Assembly (NCBI GenBank): GCA_026770705.1
Contig: JANJGN010000011.1
Span: 106,516,001-106,580,000 of the forward strand
DNA from: Isurus oxyrinchus
Lineage: Eukaryota
Length of the DNA: 64,000 nucleotides
Reading direction: 5' to 3'
The translations under genes and the position numbers were made by a program. Below, piece after piece: positions 1 through 11,103 of the stretch. Under the pieces are notes generated by a model. It worked only from the letters and a program-made list of their open reading frames with translations, had not been told where the DNA came from and searched no databases. Position 1 is the first letter of the stretch, and each line of letters starts with the position of its first letter.

Positions 1-40
1 GTTTTTACTGTTTTTTCTATTGGTGCCGAGTTGCCTCATT

Positions 41-655
41 GGCCAGAATTTTATGAAGAGGCAGTGTGGTCCTGCCCCTGGCTGAAAAGTCAGGGGGGAG
101 CCCACCCCCACATGGCTGGGAAGCACCAGCCTGATTGAATAGTCATCAGACTTCCGCCTCATACGGGAGGAGGGCCCAACTCTGAGACCTGCCCACCAGT
201 CAAGTTGCTGACAGCTTTCCATTACCAGCAGAGCATGTGGGAGTGGCGGCTACTACTGCGACTGCTGCCAATCCCTAAAGACAGTCGTCATTGGAGCTGG
301 GTTAAAATGTGTGTGTGGGTGGTGATGGGGTTTGCTGGTGGTGAGGTGGGAAGGTGAGGTGGTAACAAACAGAAGTGGGGAGCACTGTGCTCCGTTGGGC
401 ACAGAGTGCTTGAACAGAAGGGAACAAGTGCCACATGACATGGGCAGCCTAGCCGCTGGTAAAATATCAGTGGCAGCAGGAGGAGGCCATTAAGTGGCCA
501 CTAATTGACCATTTAAGGACTCCAATTCCATACCTTGCCCGTCACGACAGGTAGGTAACAGGCACATGCTACCACCAAGGCACCTGATTTTATGTAAATC
601 CCCCACCTGCCAGCCCACTCCCAGGGTGGGTGGATGGGGCTGTAAAATTCTGGCC
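41..655. mobile_element. Harbinger-type MITE
   Basis: TIR ggccagaatttta (41-53) / taaaattctggcc (643-655); TSD ATT at 38-40 and 656-658. Confidence 0.8.
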
Positions 656-1474
656 ATTATTTCAACTCTTTGGGAGAGGTTATGAAATAAAGGAAGCTTT
701 ACAAGCATAAATGCATGAATCAGTCATTCGATTTTATGAATAAGTGCAACAGACACTTATTTCCTTGCACAATAAAAGGCACACTGGTCTTGATAGTGTT
801 ACACATTCCATCACCCAATTGTATACAATCATACAGATGTGATTGTCAGTTTACAGGTTGCCATCTAGCAAATGATATCTGTCGTATTTGCAGGAGAGGC
901 ACTAGTGCAGTTGAAACTTCTATCTGGAGTCAATGTGAGGAGCTTGGAACTCAATGTAGTGCATGACTAAGGCTGGCTTTAAAGTCCTTGGAAAAACAAG
1001 TCAGGACAACCATCAGGAAGAAATTCTGAGATGGCATGGTGGTGCAATTAAAGATCAAGAGCCAATTTCATGACTTGAATCCAGAAGAAACTTGTTTTTG
1101 CTCTGATTATCATTTGTTAATAAGGATTTGAATTAAAAAAAAACCTTTCACAAAGGTCTGTTTAATGCAAGCAACAGATAACGTGCAAGTAATTTGAAAG
1201 GAGAAAAATGGGAACAATCAAAATGTTAACACTAATCAATTGCTTAACACAGTCTAATGCAGACACAACATTTCCATCTATGATTTTGAGGAAATTATTC
1301 ATCTAGGCACCACAAGATAATAACTATGTTGAAGTCCAATTGATATTTATCCAAGCTGCACTCCATTCCTTTCAACCTTGTATAAAACATACAGCATTTA
1401 GACTGTATGTTATGGCTGATGCAGTTGATAAAGGAGAGTTATTTTAAAAATCCCACAGGTAAACTTTAAACAAC

Positions 1475-2181
1475 TGTCATAACCAATAATTTTAAGTGTT
1501 ATATTTGAAATGCGACTCTAAATTCAGGAAACAGGCACTAGCTCTTGAGGTTTTACATTAAACTAAATGAAACATTTTATTAATTTATACAGGTTAAGAT
1601 ATATGTACACATGGCTACAAATTACTACTATCACAACTTCTAACAGGTTCCCAAGTTAATCTCTGTTAAGGCAACAGCAACCCCATAAACTTAACCAAAA
1701 GCCAGGCAAAGCATTTTCACCTTACAAATTCAAAATGTGGTTATTTTCACTGTGGAGCCAGTTGGAGGCTTGCAGCTGCCTTTTGATCTTACATTGCCTC
1801 TGACTGCACACTGAAAACTACTGAAGTTATACCTAACCACCACTGATTGAATTCAAATTCTCATCGTATCAACAACCTCTTTGAACTTCACCTTTAAATA
1901 ACGAAAGCCCTTTCATAGTACCTTCTCATTATTGGCCTGCTGCTCTACTTAGTAATATAAACATATTGCTTGCTAATTGCCAGAAAGGTATCAATTTTCA
2001 CTCCACTTCTTGAATGCTCTATTCAAAAAAATGCAAATGCACGCTATCTCCCATATCAAAACTAGTACCCATTAAAGCACCCAGAGTTTAATCCAATTAA
2101 GACGCACCCACAGAGTAAACCTCTATTTTAAAAGAAAAATATTTTCCAAAATATTATATATGTTAATGGCGCTTCATGACA
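1475..2181. mobile_element. solo LTR candidate
   Basis: Begins TGTCAT and ends ATGACA (6-bp terminal inverted repeat, TG...CA rule); AT-rich interior; no clean TSD. Confidence 0.4.
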
Positions 2182-2899
2182 CTATACAAATAATCTATTC
2201 GATTCAAATTCAGTCACCAGGAATGCTTGAATCAATTGGATTTACAGCTGATTTGTGATGACCTGCTTTTGGGTTTTCTTCACTGGAACTTGCAAACTAG
2301 ATCTACTTGAATGAAAGTCATCAGTGAAGATGCTAAAAAGGAATGAATGGGTGCATATTGTACCTGCAGAAGTGAATGAATTTTGATGCAGGTGGCAGGT
2401 TTAAAAATACTGAAATTGTAAGTGCATCAGAAGCTGCAATTCCTACATTTAACTGCAGTGTGTTAGCCTGTGTGCGAGAAACCCCTTGGGAGAGACAGGT
2501 TGTTAATTTCAATATAGTTAATGGCTTGCTGAGAGTGATGTTAAAATGAATTTTGTGATTTAACTGTGGGTGCACGTGTTTCCCATGCTTCCTGGAGCTT
2601 GCCAGTGAAAATAAGTTGAGAACTGAGCAGCAAGTGAGGGGGCTGGAGGAGTAACAGGCAGAAATTCCCATGAGAACTGGAATCTCACTGTCATTTTCTT
2701 GCCTAATTATGTGAAAAGATTTTGCCCACAGTACTTGTTCTGAGGGGGTTACTTGCACTACTGTATGGCTTACATGCACTAGTTTGGAGGTGACTTTCAC
2801 TACTTCAGATATTACTTGTACTGCCTTGGTGTTGTGGATCTAATAGAACAGCGTGGGCGCCAGTTATGCTCTTCTAGCTTAAGCCTCAGATGAGGATCG

Positions 2900-3970
2900 A
2901 GATATCTGGCAGCATCAATAACACAACAACAGCAGCAACAACAATCTTCTTGTTATTGGCCTGCCACTCTGCTTGAGGGAGAGGATGAGCAGAGAGATGC
3001 AGATATCTGCAAAACAGGGTATGCAGGCAGAGCATTAGCTTCCTGTTCATGTCTGAACACTAGTGTATCAGGTGGCTCAGGGTCTCCTGTCACCTGATGG
3101 CAGACATTTGCAGCCTTCTGGCAAAAAAATTGTTGTAAGTGGACCTAGTGGCCACACTTTACTACTAGTTGTCAAAGTTACCTCCAACCTCAAATTCATT
3201 GGCTCCTTCCAGGGATCAAACAGCAACAATTGCAGAACGTCGCAGGCCCAGAAGTGCATGACACAGGTAACTGACGCCATGTTTGCCAGAGCTGACAATT
3301 ATGTACACTTTGTCACCGATGATGCCTGTCAGAATGAGCGGGTACTCAATTTGTGCCTCTGATTAGCTTCCAAAGAGTGCAGGTCACCATTGACAGTACA
3401 CATGTGGTAATCAAGACACACACCCCCAGTCCACCCAGAAGTGTTTGTGAACTGCACAGGCTTCCATTTCATCAATGTAGAACTGGCATACAACCTGAAG
3501 AAGATGATTATGCAAGCGTGCTTAAGATTCCCAGGGAGCTACCTACGCCAGTTCACCCTCCCTGACCCCTGCGTACCTTGAAGCAGACTTACCGGCTGGC
3601 TATTCAAAGTGGATACCAACCGAGAACATGACAACCATGAGGAAAGCAGCCATTGAAACTCAAGAGCGCTAAAAAGCTATGAAAGTTATATGACTACCAA
3701 ATGTGTCATTGAACAAGCAATCAGCATGCTGAAGATGTGCTTCAGGTGTATCCACAGATATGGAAGTGCCCTTCAGTGCAGACCAGACAGGGTCTCCAGA
3801 ATGGTGGTGGTGAGCTGCATTCTGCACAACATTGTACAGCAGTGAAGTTTGGACTTGCAAGAGGAGCAACATGCAGAACAGAGAACCTCTTTGGAACAGG
3901 AGGAGGAATGTGATGCAGTCAATACACCAGCAGCAACTTACATTTGCTCCCCAGGATACCCTCATAATAG
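2900..3970 (+). pseudogene. PIF/Harbinger DDE transposase fossil (HARBI1-like family)
   Basis: Frameshifted peptides VVKVTSNLKFIGSFQG..QVTDAMFARADNYVHF, RVQVTIDSTHVVIK, FVNCTGFHFINVEL..RFPGS, VIEQAISMLKMCFRC..CILHN. Confidence 0.85.
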
Positions 3971-4669
3971 TGAGGTTCAATTCCACCATTTCACCCATCT
4001 GACAGTCATCTGATGCTAAATCTACTCCCCCCCAACAAAAAGCAGTCTTGCAATCAATCAAGCATTCCTTTCAGTCACCCATTGTTTGGTGTTAAGCCTT
4101 GTCTTATAATTCATGACAAATAAAATGGGTATTTGCCAGGAAGCAGCCAAATATGGGCATGATGGGAAATCAGTGTAAATAAATAATATGTATGTGGCTC
4201 AAAAATGAAACAGAAACATAACTATCTAACATTATGTGACACACCAATGTGCACATACTCCTCAGCAACTACAAATCTTGACTCTTCCTCTTCCTAGATT
4301 TCTAAATGGTGCAATCCCTGTGACCTCAGCAGGAATAGAGGCAGATTACTCAGATTCCTGCTCTGACTGCAGAGATGCTCTTGTCTGATATTCTCCAGGT
4401 TTTGGTACCTGTGAGGGCCCTAATAAAGCCTGCTCCACCTGCAGGATATTGGGATACAAGGCAGCTGTGTTGTATTGATTGGTGAGGAGAGGTGGGGGAG
4501 GGCAGTGACTGAGAAGCGGAAACACTTTGATCTGCGTTCTCACTTCCATGCCCCCTTTCATTATTATCACTCTCATGGCCCGCCCATGCTTTGCTGTTAG
4601 TAATGAGCTAGAAAACACTTGACTACAGATTCGTGGGGTGACAAACGACAAACGCTAGGGTTTCATCTA

Positions 4670-6224
4670 TTTAAGGTGACATTCATACCATAAAGTAAAT
4701 TGTGAGGAGGATGTAAAGAGTTTACAATGGGATATAGATAGGTTCAGTGATCGGGCAAAAAATTGGAAAATGGAGTACAATGTGGGAAAATGTGAACTCA
4801 TCCACCTTAGCAGGTAGAATTGAAAAGCAGTGTATTATTTAAAGGGAGAAAGATTGGAAAACTCGACAGGGATCAGGGTGTCCTGGTACATAAATCGCAA
4901 GTAGTTAGTCTGCAGGTACAGCAAGGATTAGGAAGGCAAATGGAATGTTGTTGTTTATTGCAAAGGGAATGGAATGTAAAAGTAGGGAAGTTTTGTTGCA
5001 GCAGTATAGGGCCTTGGTGAGACCACATCTGGAATACTATGTACAGTTTTGGTCTCCTTAATTGCTACTGGAAAAAATAGCATCAGAAGCAGTTCAGAGA
5101 AAATTCACTTGGCTAACTCCTGGGATGAGGGACTTATAAGGAAAGGTTGGAAAAGTTGGGCTTATAACAATTGGAGTTTAGAAAAATGAAAGGTGACCTT
5201 ATTGAAACATATAGGCCAGAATTTTCCCGTCGGCGATTTGGGGGTGGTGCCCGCTCGCCTACGGGAAAATGACGCGAGATGACCCCCGACGTCATCCTGG
5301 TCCCTTTAGCTTTCAGGAAGGCGGGCGGACAGTGAAATCAGTTGTCCGCCTGCCGACCTGTCAATGGCCAATTGAGGCCATTGACAGGGTAATTAAAGTA
5401 ATTAAAGACCCTGCCCCGTCCAACCTTAAGGCTGGCGGGCAGGCCCAGAGCCCCAGTGGGCTTCTGATAATATATGAAACCTCATCCACTGGCGGGATAA
5501 GGTTTCATGTTTCTTTTTAAAAACTTTAATAAATGTAATGTGATATTTATTAACATGTCCCATCTCGTGTGACATTGTCACATGAGGGGGACATGTTAAT
5601 AATATTTCTATTTTTCTATTTTTTAAGTTTTGTACAGTCAGTAATCTCCCTGAGACAGGACTTTGCCTCAGGGAGCAGTGCGTGAAAGAGCGCACTTTGA
5701 CAGTTGGGGATTCCCTCCCCGTCCTGCACAGAAAGCGCATAGCGCTTCCTGTTGGGCAGCCTGCTGGGTGGGCCTTAATTGGCCCACCCACCCAAAAACG
5801 GCAGCGGGCCCCGTTTCAGCTGCGGGGGTTGGCTGTCCGTCCGCTGCCGAGCAGGTGGGGCTCGCACGCCCACCAAGGGCAAAATTCTGCCCATAAGATC
5901 CTGAGGGGATTTAGCAGGGTGCAGCCCCTTCTGGGAGAGACTAGAAATAGGGGACACAGATCAAAAATAAGGGGTCTCCCATTTAAAATGGAGATAAGGA
6001 GAAACAATTTCTCTCAGAGGGTTGTTGGTCTGTGGAATTCTCTTCCCCAGAAAGCAATGGAGACAGGGTCATTGAATATTTTTAAGGCTGAGTTAGATAG
6101 ATTCTTGATTGAAAAGGGAGTCAAGAGCATAGGAAAGTAGAGTTGAGGCCACAATCAGACCAACCATGATCAGGCTCAAGGGGCTGAATGGTCTTCTCCT
6201 GCTCCTGATTTACATGTTCATATG
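4670..6224 (+). mobile_element. CR1 (HER1-type) LINE 3' fragment interrupted by a MITE
   Basis: RT C-terminal peptides LVRPHLEY and RGHRSKI..FSQRVVGLWNSLPQ; tail ggctgaatggtcttctcctgctcctg. Confidence 0.85.
5214..5892. mobile_element. Harbinger-type MITE nested in CR1
   Basis: TIR ggccagaatttt / aaaattctgccc; TSD ATA; removing it restores CR1 gaaacatATAagatcctgagg. Confidence 0.9.
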
Positions 6225-7143
6225 GAAAAGCAATTGATGAATGCCTGAAATCACTCGTTTTATTGCAATGTTTAATGCTTCAGGCAAGCGACAACTGTTT
6301 CCATAGGCCATGTTGTCTGTGACATTAAGCCACTTATGCTGGAGCCAGACTCCTCTAATCTTTCTGAAAGTATGCATTATGCAGCTGGAAACCCTGCCAG
6401 TCCATCACACATTCTTAGCTGCTGCTCCAGAAGTATCCCCTTCATCAATGGCACCATGGTTCTGCATCTACATTCTGCTGAGCAGAGCTTGGAGCACCCT
6501 GTGTCCTCCAACATGGACCCCAAACTGTTTTCCCTATCTTCATCATTTGGTCTTGCTCATTTGTATTGTACAAGTTACCAGATGAAAACCGAACCATCTT
6601 CCTTACTGGTCCTGCCATTGTGTGAGTATCTGAGTTGGTGCTGGTGATGACGCACCCTCAGAGTACGTCACCTCCTCTGAGTAGCTGTCATTGTTGTTCT
6701 CCTGTCAGACTCTTGATTGCCCTGTGAGAGATTGAAGACAGAAATTCGAATTTTCAAGGTAAAGAAATTTTAGTTGATCATTCTGCACATGATCATGTTT
6801 CACTGGATGCTGACAATCAATGCAACATGAGTAAGTGTTATGTCATGTGGCTGTGTGATATATAATTCTGTCACCAGGTAGCTGGGAGATCCTCAGATCC
6901 TTATTTCCAATGGCTGAACACAACTAAACTCTACTGTCTCCTCCTCTGCAGATGTTAATTGCGAGATTACTGGAGGGCTACCTATGATTCTCTGCCTCTC
7001 CCTGGTATTCTATGCTCTCTTCTCCTGCAAGGAGGAAGAGCAAACCTATGTGAGAGAGTAATGCAGTGTATTGAAGAGATGGATGGACAACATTTATTGA
7101 GGATGACTACCCATGAGAGTAGCTCCATACTCCTGCTGCTCTT

Positions 7144-9564
7144 TGTTGTATAAGGGTCTGGTATATACAGGGTTAATGTGGGACTGAATACAGTACCGCC
7201 CACACAGTGATGTAGGAAGGCACATGACATAGACTAGGTAGTGTGGTGTTGGCCAGAGATGTGTTAAGACCTAGAGATGGAGGTAGCTCCATGCCTGTAC
7301 TCTTTACTGTATACCTGTATATAGTTACAAATAATGAATAAAGATTTGCCATTAACATACAGAAGACTATGAAGACTTCTTAACCAGAAATGTTCTGTAA
7401 CCAACACCATCCAGACATGGTGCCAGCTCCGGATAAAACAACCCTCATCCTGACAGAAATGCTGAAGGAAAAGGGCATCTTCAGCAGTTTCTGAATTGAA
7501 AAAAATCACCCAACTGAAGCGACAGATGCTGAGAAAATTTGCCAGAAAAAGCTTCAGGTTGAAGGGCCTGGAAGCTAAAGGTAGAAGTTCTACGGCAGCA
7601 GAAGACTCCATATAATCTCTTTTGGAAGTCCAGCTTCAGCACACAGAGTTCATAGCCTGCAAGGGAGAGTAAATCCTTTTATCTTCCAGGCTGCAGCCAG
7701 TCCTGAGGAGCTAATTCAGTCAGAAGCACCATTTGAATGAAACCTGTCATCAGTTCCAATCCCTGACTCCAAGCCTCAAAACGTAGTCTCTAAGTTGAAC
7801 AAAAAACAAATTAATAATTAGCTCACTCAACTTTCTGGAACCTTGTGAGTGCCCAAGTCCTTCAACAGCAAGCCTGTGGTTTATTTAAATGCCTAGCTGC
7901 TCGCTATGCTGCATCACTGATGACATCAAGTTGGCAGACAGGCAACCCACACAGCCATTGTTGAAAATTCTTCTTCCCAAAGCACGCCCTGCCATTTTAT
8001 GAAGCCCAACAAAACCAGCAAGTGTGGGAAATCCATTGTTCTGCAGTGAATGGTGATGTCATCTTGAAAGCCTGTAAGTTTTTAAAGCTGTACCCACACT
8101 TTCAAAATATTCAACATGGATCAGAATTCCACACTTCCAACTCCACTTACCCAAGGCCCAGACCAGTCACAGAATTGTCGTCTACGGAGGAAATGATTTT
8201 TAAGATATAGCATTGCTTCAGGTTTAAATAAAGAAATCAGAAGTGGAACTAGTAAACACACTTCTTTACTCAATAGGGCAAACTGCAGACAACATGATTG
8301 CATGACAGAATATAGATGAGTCATCTGCCAAATTTGAGGAGTTTTTAAAATCCTTTGACATTTATTGCAACTTGAAATCCAACAAAATATTGGAAAGTGC
8401 TAAATTCAATCAGAGAATTCAACTGCCTGGGGAGCCTGTTGATTCCTTCATAAATGATCTATACAGGATGACAGAGAGGTGTGACAGAGAGAGTTAAAGT
8501 CTGAGTTCACCCGAGGCAGAATCATGGTGGGCATTACAGACAATAACTCTCTGAACTCCTACAAGCTAAAGATGAGCTTACTCTAGACAAGGCAATCTAG
8601 CTTGTTAGATTGTCAGAGCTATGTGAACAACACAGGACAATCCTAAGGGGCAGAAGCCAATCTTCAGTCCAGGTTATCAGGTCACAAAGACCTAGGGGCA
8701 ACCCTGAACTGCTCAGCAGAGTGACCTTGCCAGTGCTGTGCGGCAAAGCACCCTCACAGGAGAGAACAGTGTCCAGCGAGTACAGCCCAATGCTTCCAGT
8801 GCAACAGACAGGGACACTTTGGCAAACTGGGCAAGTCTAAACCCCAGCAGAACACAGATAGCCCAAAGGTAATCCACAAAGTCGAGATGGAAAACCCAGG
8901 AGACACACAGCCATGTTTCTTGGGTGAGATCAAACTCTGTGGTTCTTCATTTTGGAATGCTGGCCTCTAAGTAAATGGTCATCTAACAAATTTTAAATTA
9001 GACTCAGGTGCCCATGTGACAGTCCTGTCCGACAAGGAACCATGGCTCAAAGGCCTAATGCCGATGAGACTATCTTGGGACCTCCGGTGGAAGTGGTACC
9101 AGAGAACGATCAGCAGTTTGAGAAGCTTCTATCTCCAACTACGATGATGGTACTGCTGAACGATACATCAACCACTGTGCACACACTGCTTCTTCCAGCC
9201 ACAACCTCAGGGAATGCAGCAGCCTAGTAGCAGCCTCTCAACTTCGACACAGAAATGCAACAGTGTAAGACTTGAAGTGAAGGAATGAAATTTTATATCC
9301 ATGGGATAAAGATTTGGTGAGAGGTGTAGTATAGGGTCTGGTATATGCAGGGTTAATGTGGGACTGAGCACACAAGTACCCACACAATGATGTAACAAGA
9401 CACATGACCTATACCAGTGACATGTTCAGGTCTAGAGATAGCTCCATGCCTGCACCTTTTATTGTATTTAGGTACAAGTAGTTTATAAATACTTGCTGTT
9501 AACATACAGCAGACTATCAAGACATCTTTAACAGACATGTTCTGTAACCAATACCATTCCAACA
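7144..9564 (+). mobile_element. Internally deleted Gypsy LTR retrotransposon
   Basis: LTRs 7144-7417 and 9325-9564 (TG...CA, shared agggtctggtatat.cagggttaatgtgggactga); PBS-like TGGTGCCAG at 7418; purine-rich tract before the 3' LTR; TSD CTCTT/CTCAT. Confidence 0.85.
8116..9050 (+). pseudogene. Gypsy gag-protease fossil
   Basis: AKFNQRIQLPGEPVDSFINDLY, ELTLDKAI, zinc knuckle CPASTAQCFQCNRQGHF, protease FKLDSGAHVTVLS; stops and frameshifts; RT/RNaseH not seen. Confidence 0.8.
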
Positions 9565-9749
9565 CTCATCCCCTGATTAACCTTCAGCCATGCCTTCTTG
9601 CTTTCAATAGGATGCTTCTTCCTCTCATCAGTAAGGAATAGTATCTCCTTGTGGGCCTTGCCATCCTAAGTATCATACACAGGATCATATCACTAAAGCG
9701 AGTCACAGGCTTGGAGTGTTGGACTCTATTCTGACAGTTCTTCTTTTGT

Positions 9750-11100
9750 TTTTCCACCTCCAAAATCCATCAACTTCACCTTTGCAGGTGTTGCTATGGG
9801 TACCTGTGTAACCTACATACCCAGTTATGCCGAATGTTTTGTGAGATATATGGAACATTTATTATTCCAAGGCAACTCAGGCCTCCTCACTTATCTCTTT
9901 TTCCAGTACATTGATGACTGTATCAGTACCGCCTCCTGCACTTGCCATGAACTGGAAAATTTAATTGACTTTATTTCCAATATCTACCCTTCTCTCTCCA
10001 TCACGGGTCCATCTCCGACTCTTCCCTTCCTCGATTTCTCTGTCTCAATTTCTGGAGATTTGGAGGTTTGTAATGATCATCAATAGATAACTTACCTACT
10101 CTTACCATTGTCGCAACTACATTTTCTCACACTCTGCTTCCTGTAAGGACTCCATTCCATTCTCCCAGTTTCTCTGTCTCTGTCACATCTGTTCCATTGA
10201 TGCAATCTGCTTCATTTTTAAAAATGTATTCATGGGATGTGGGCATCACTGGCCAGGCCAGCATTTATTACCTATCCCTAATGGCCCTTGAGAAGGTGAT
10301 GGTGAACTGCCTTCTTAAACTTCTGCAGTCCATGTGGTGTGCATACACCCTCAGTGCTGTTCGGGAGGGAGTTCCAGGATTTTGATCCAGCGACAGTGAA
10401 GATATAGTTCCAAGTTAGGATGGTATGTGGCTTGGAGGGAAACTTCCAAGTGGTAGCATTCCCATGCATCTGCTGCCCTTGCACATCCAACACGTCTTCC
10501 CTTTTGCTCAACCGAGGATTCCCGTCCAGTATGGTGGACAGGGTCCTCCAACGTGTCCAATCCATTTCATGCATCTTTGCTCTCATCCCTCCCAGAACCA
10601 CTAAACACACCTTCCTTTTCCCTCCCCTTTGAGCATTCCGTAGGTACTGGTCCCTCCACAACACCCTAGTCCATTCCTCAGTCACCACTAACGCCCTCCT
10701 CCCTTCCCTATGGCACCTTTTGGTGCAAGCACTTGCCCTTTCACCGGTTCCCTTCCCCCTCATTTAAAGCCCCAGACACTTCTTCGAATTGAAACAATGA
10801 TTTACTTGTACTTCTTCCAGTTTAGTTTACTGCATTCGCTGCTCATGAAGTGGTCTCCTCTACAGTGGGTAGATTTGATGACCGCTTTGTGGAACTCCTC
10901 CATTCAGTACAAAAGCACTACCCCGAGCTTCTGGTTGCTTGTCATTTTAATTCTCCATCTTGCTCCCACTCTGAGCTTTCTGTCCATGGCCTGCTACAGT
11001 GTTCCAATGAAGCTGAATGCAAGCTTGAGGAACAGCACTTTATCTTTAGACTCAGCACTCTGCAGCCTTCTGGACTCAACATTGAATTCAACAACTTTAG
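9750..11100 (+). mobile_element. Penelope-like element fragment (RT plus GIY-YIG endonuclease)
   Basis: GVAMGT, FFQYIDDC, LPFLDFSVSISG; C-terminus VACHFNSPSCSHS..KLEEQHFIFRLSTLQPSGLNIEFNNFR. Confidence 0.85.
10215..10485 (-). mobile_element. CR1-like LINE 3' end inserted in the Penelope fragment
   Basis: Ends ..GSKSWNSLPNS..KKAVHHHLLKGH; same family as 43150-45873. Confidence 0.8.
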
Positions 11101-11103
11101 ATC

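Larger units (their letters stand above)
4300..9740 (-). pseudogene. Harbinger Myb/SANT (MSANTD-like) gene fossil, convergent with the 2900-3970 transposase and split by CR1 and Gypsy insertions
   Basis: 9700-9570 reads RFSDMILCMILRMAR..ILFLTDERKKHPIESKKAWLKV and continues across the LTR element into SSRSMELLSW (from about 7140 downward); matches the RFSD...KKAW...W pattern of the other Myb copies; 3' boundary approximate. Confidence 0.65.
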
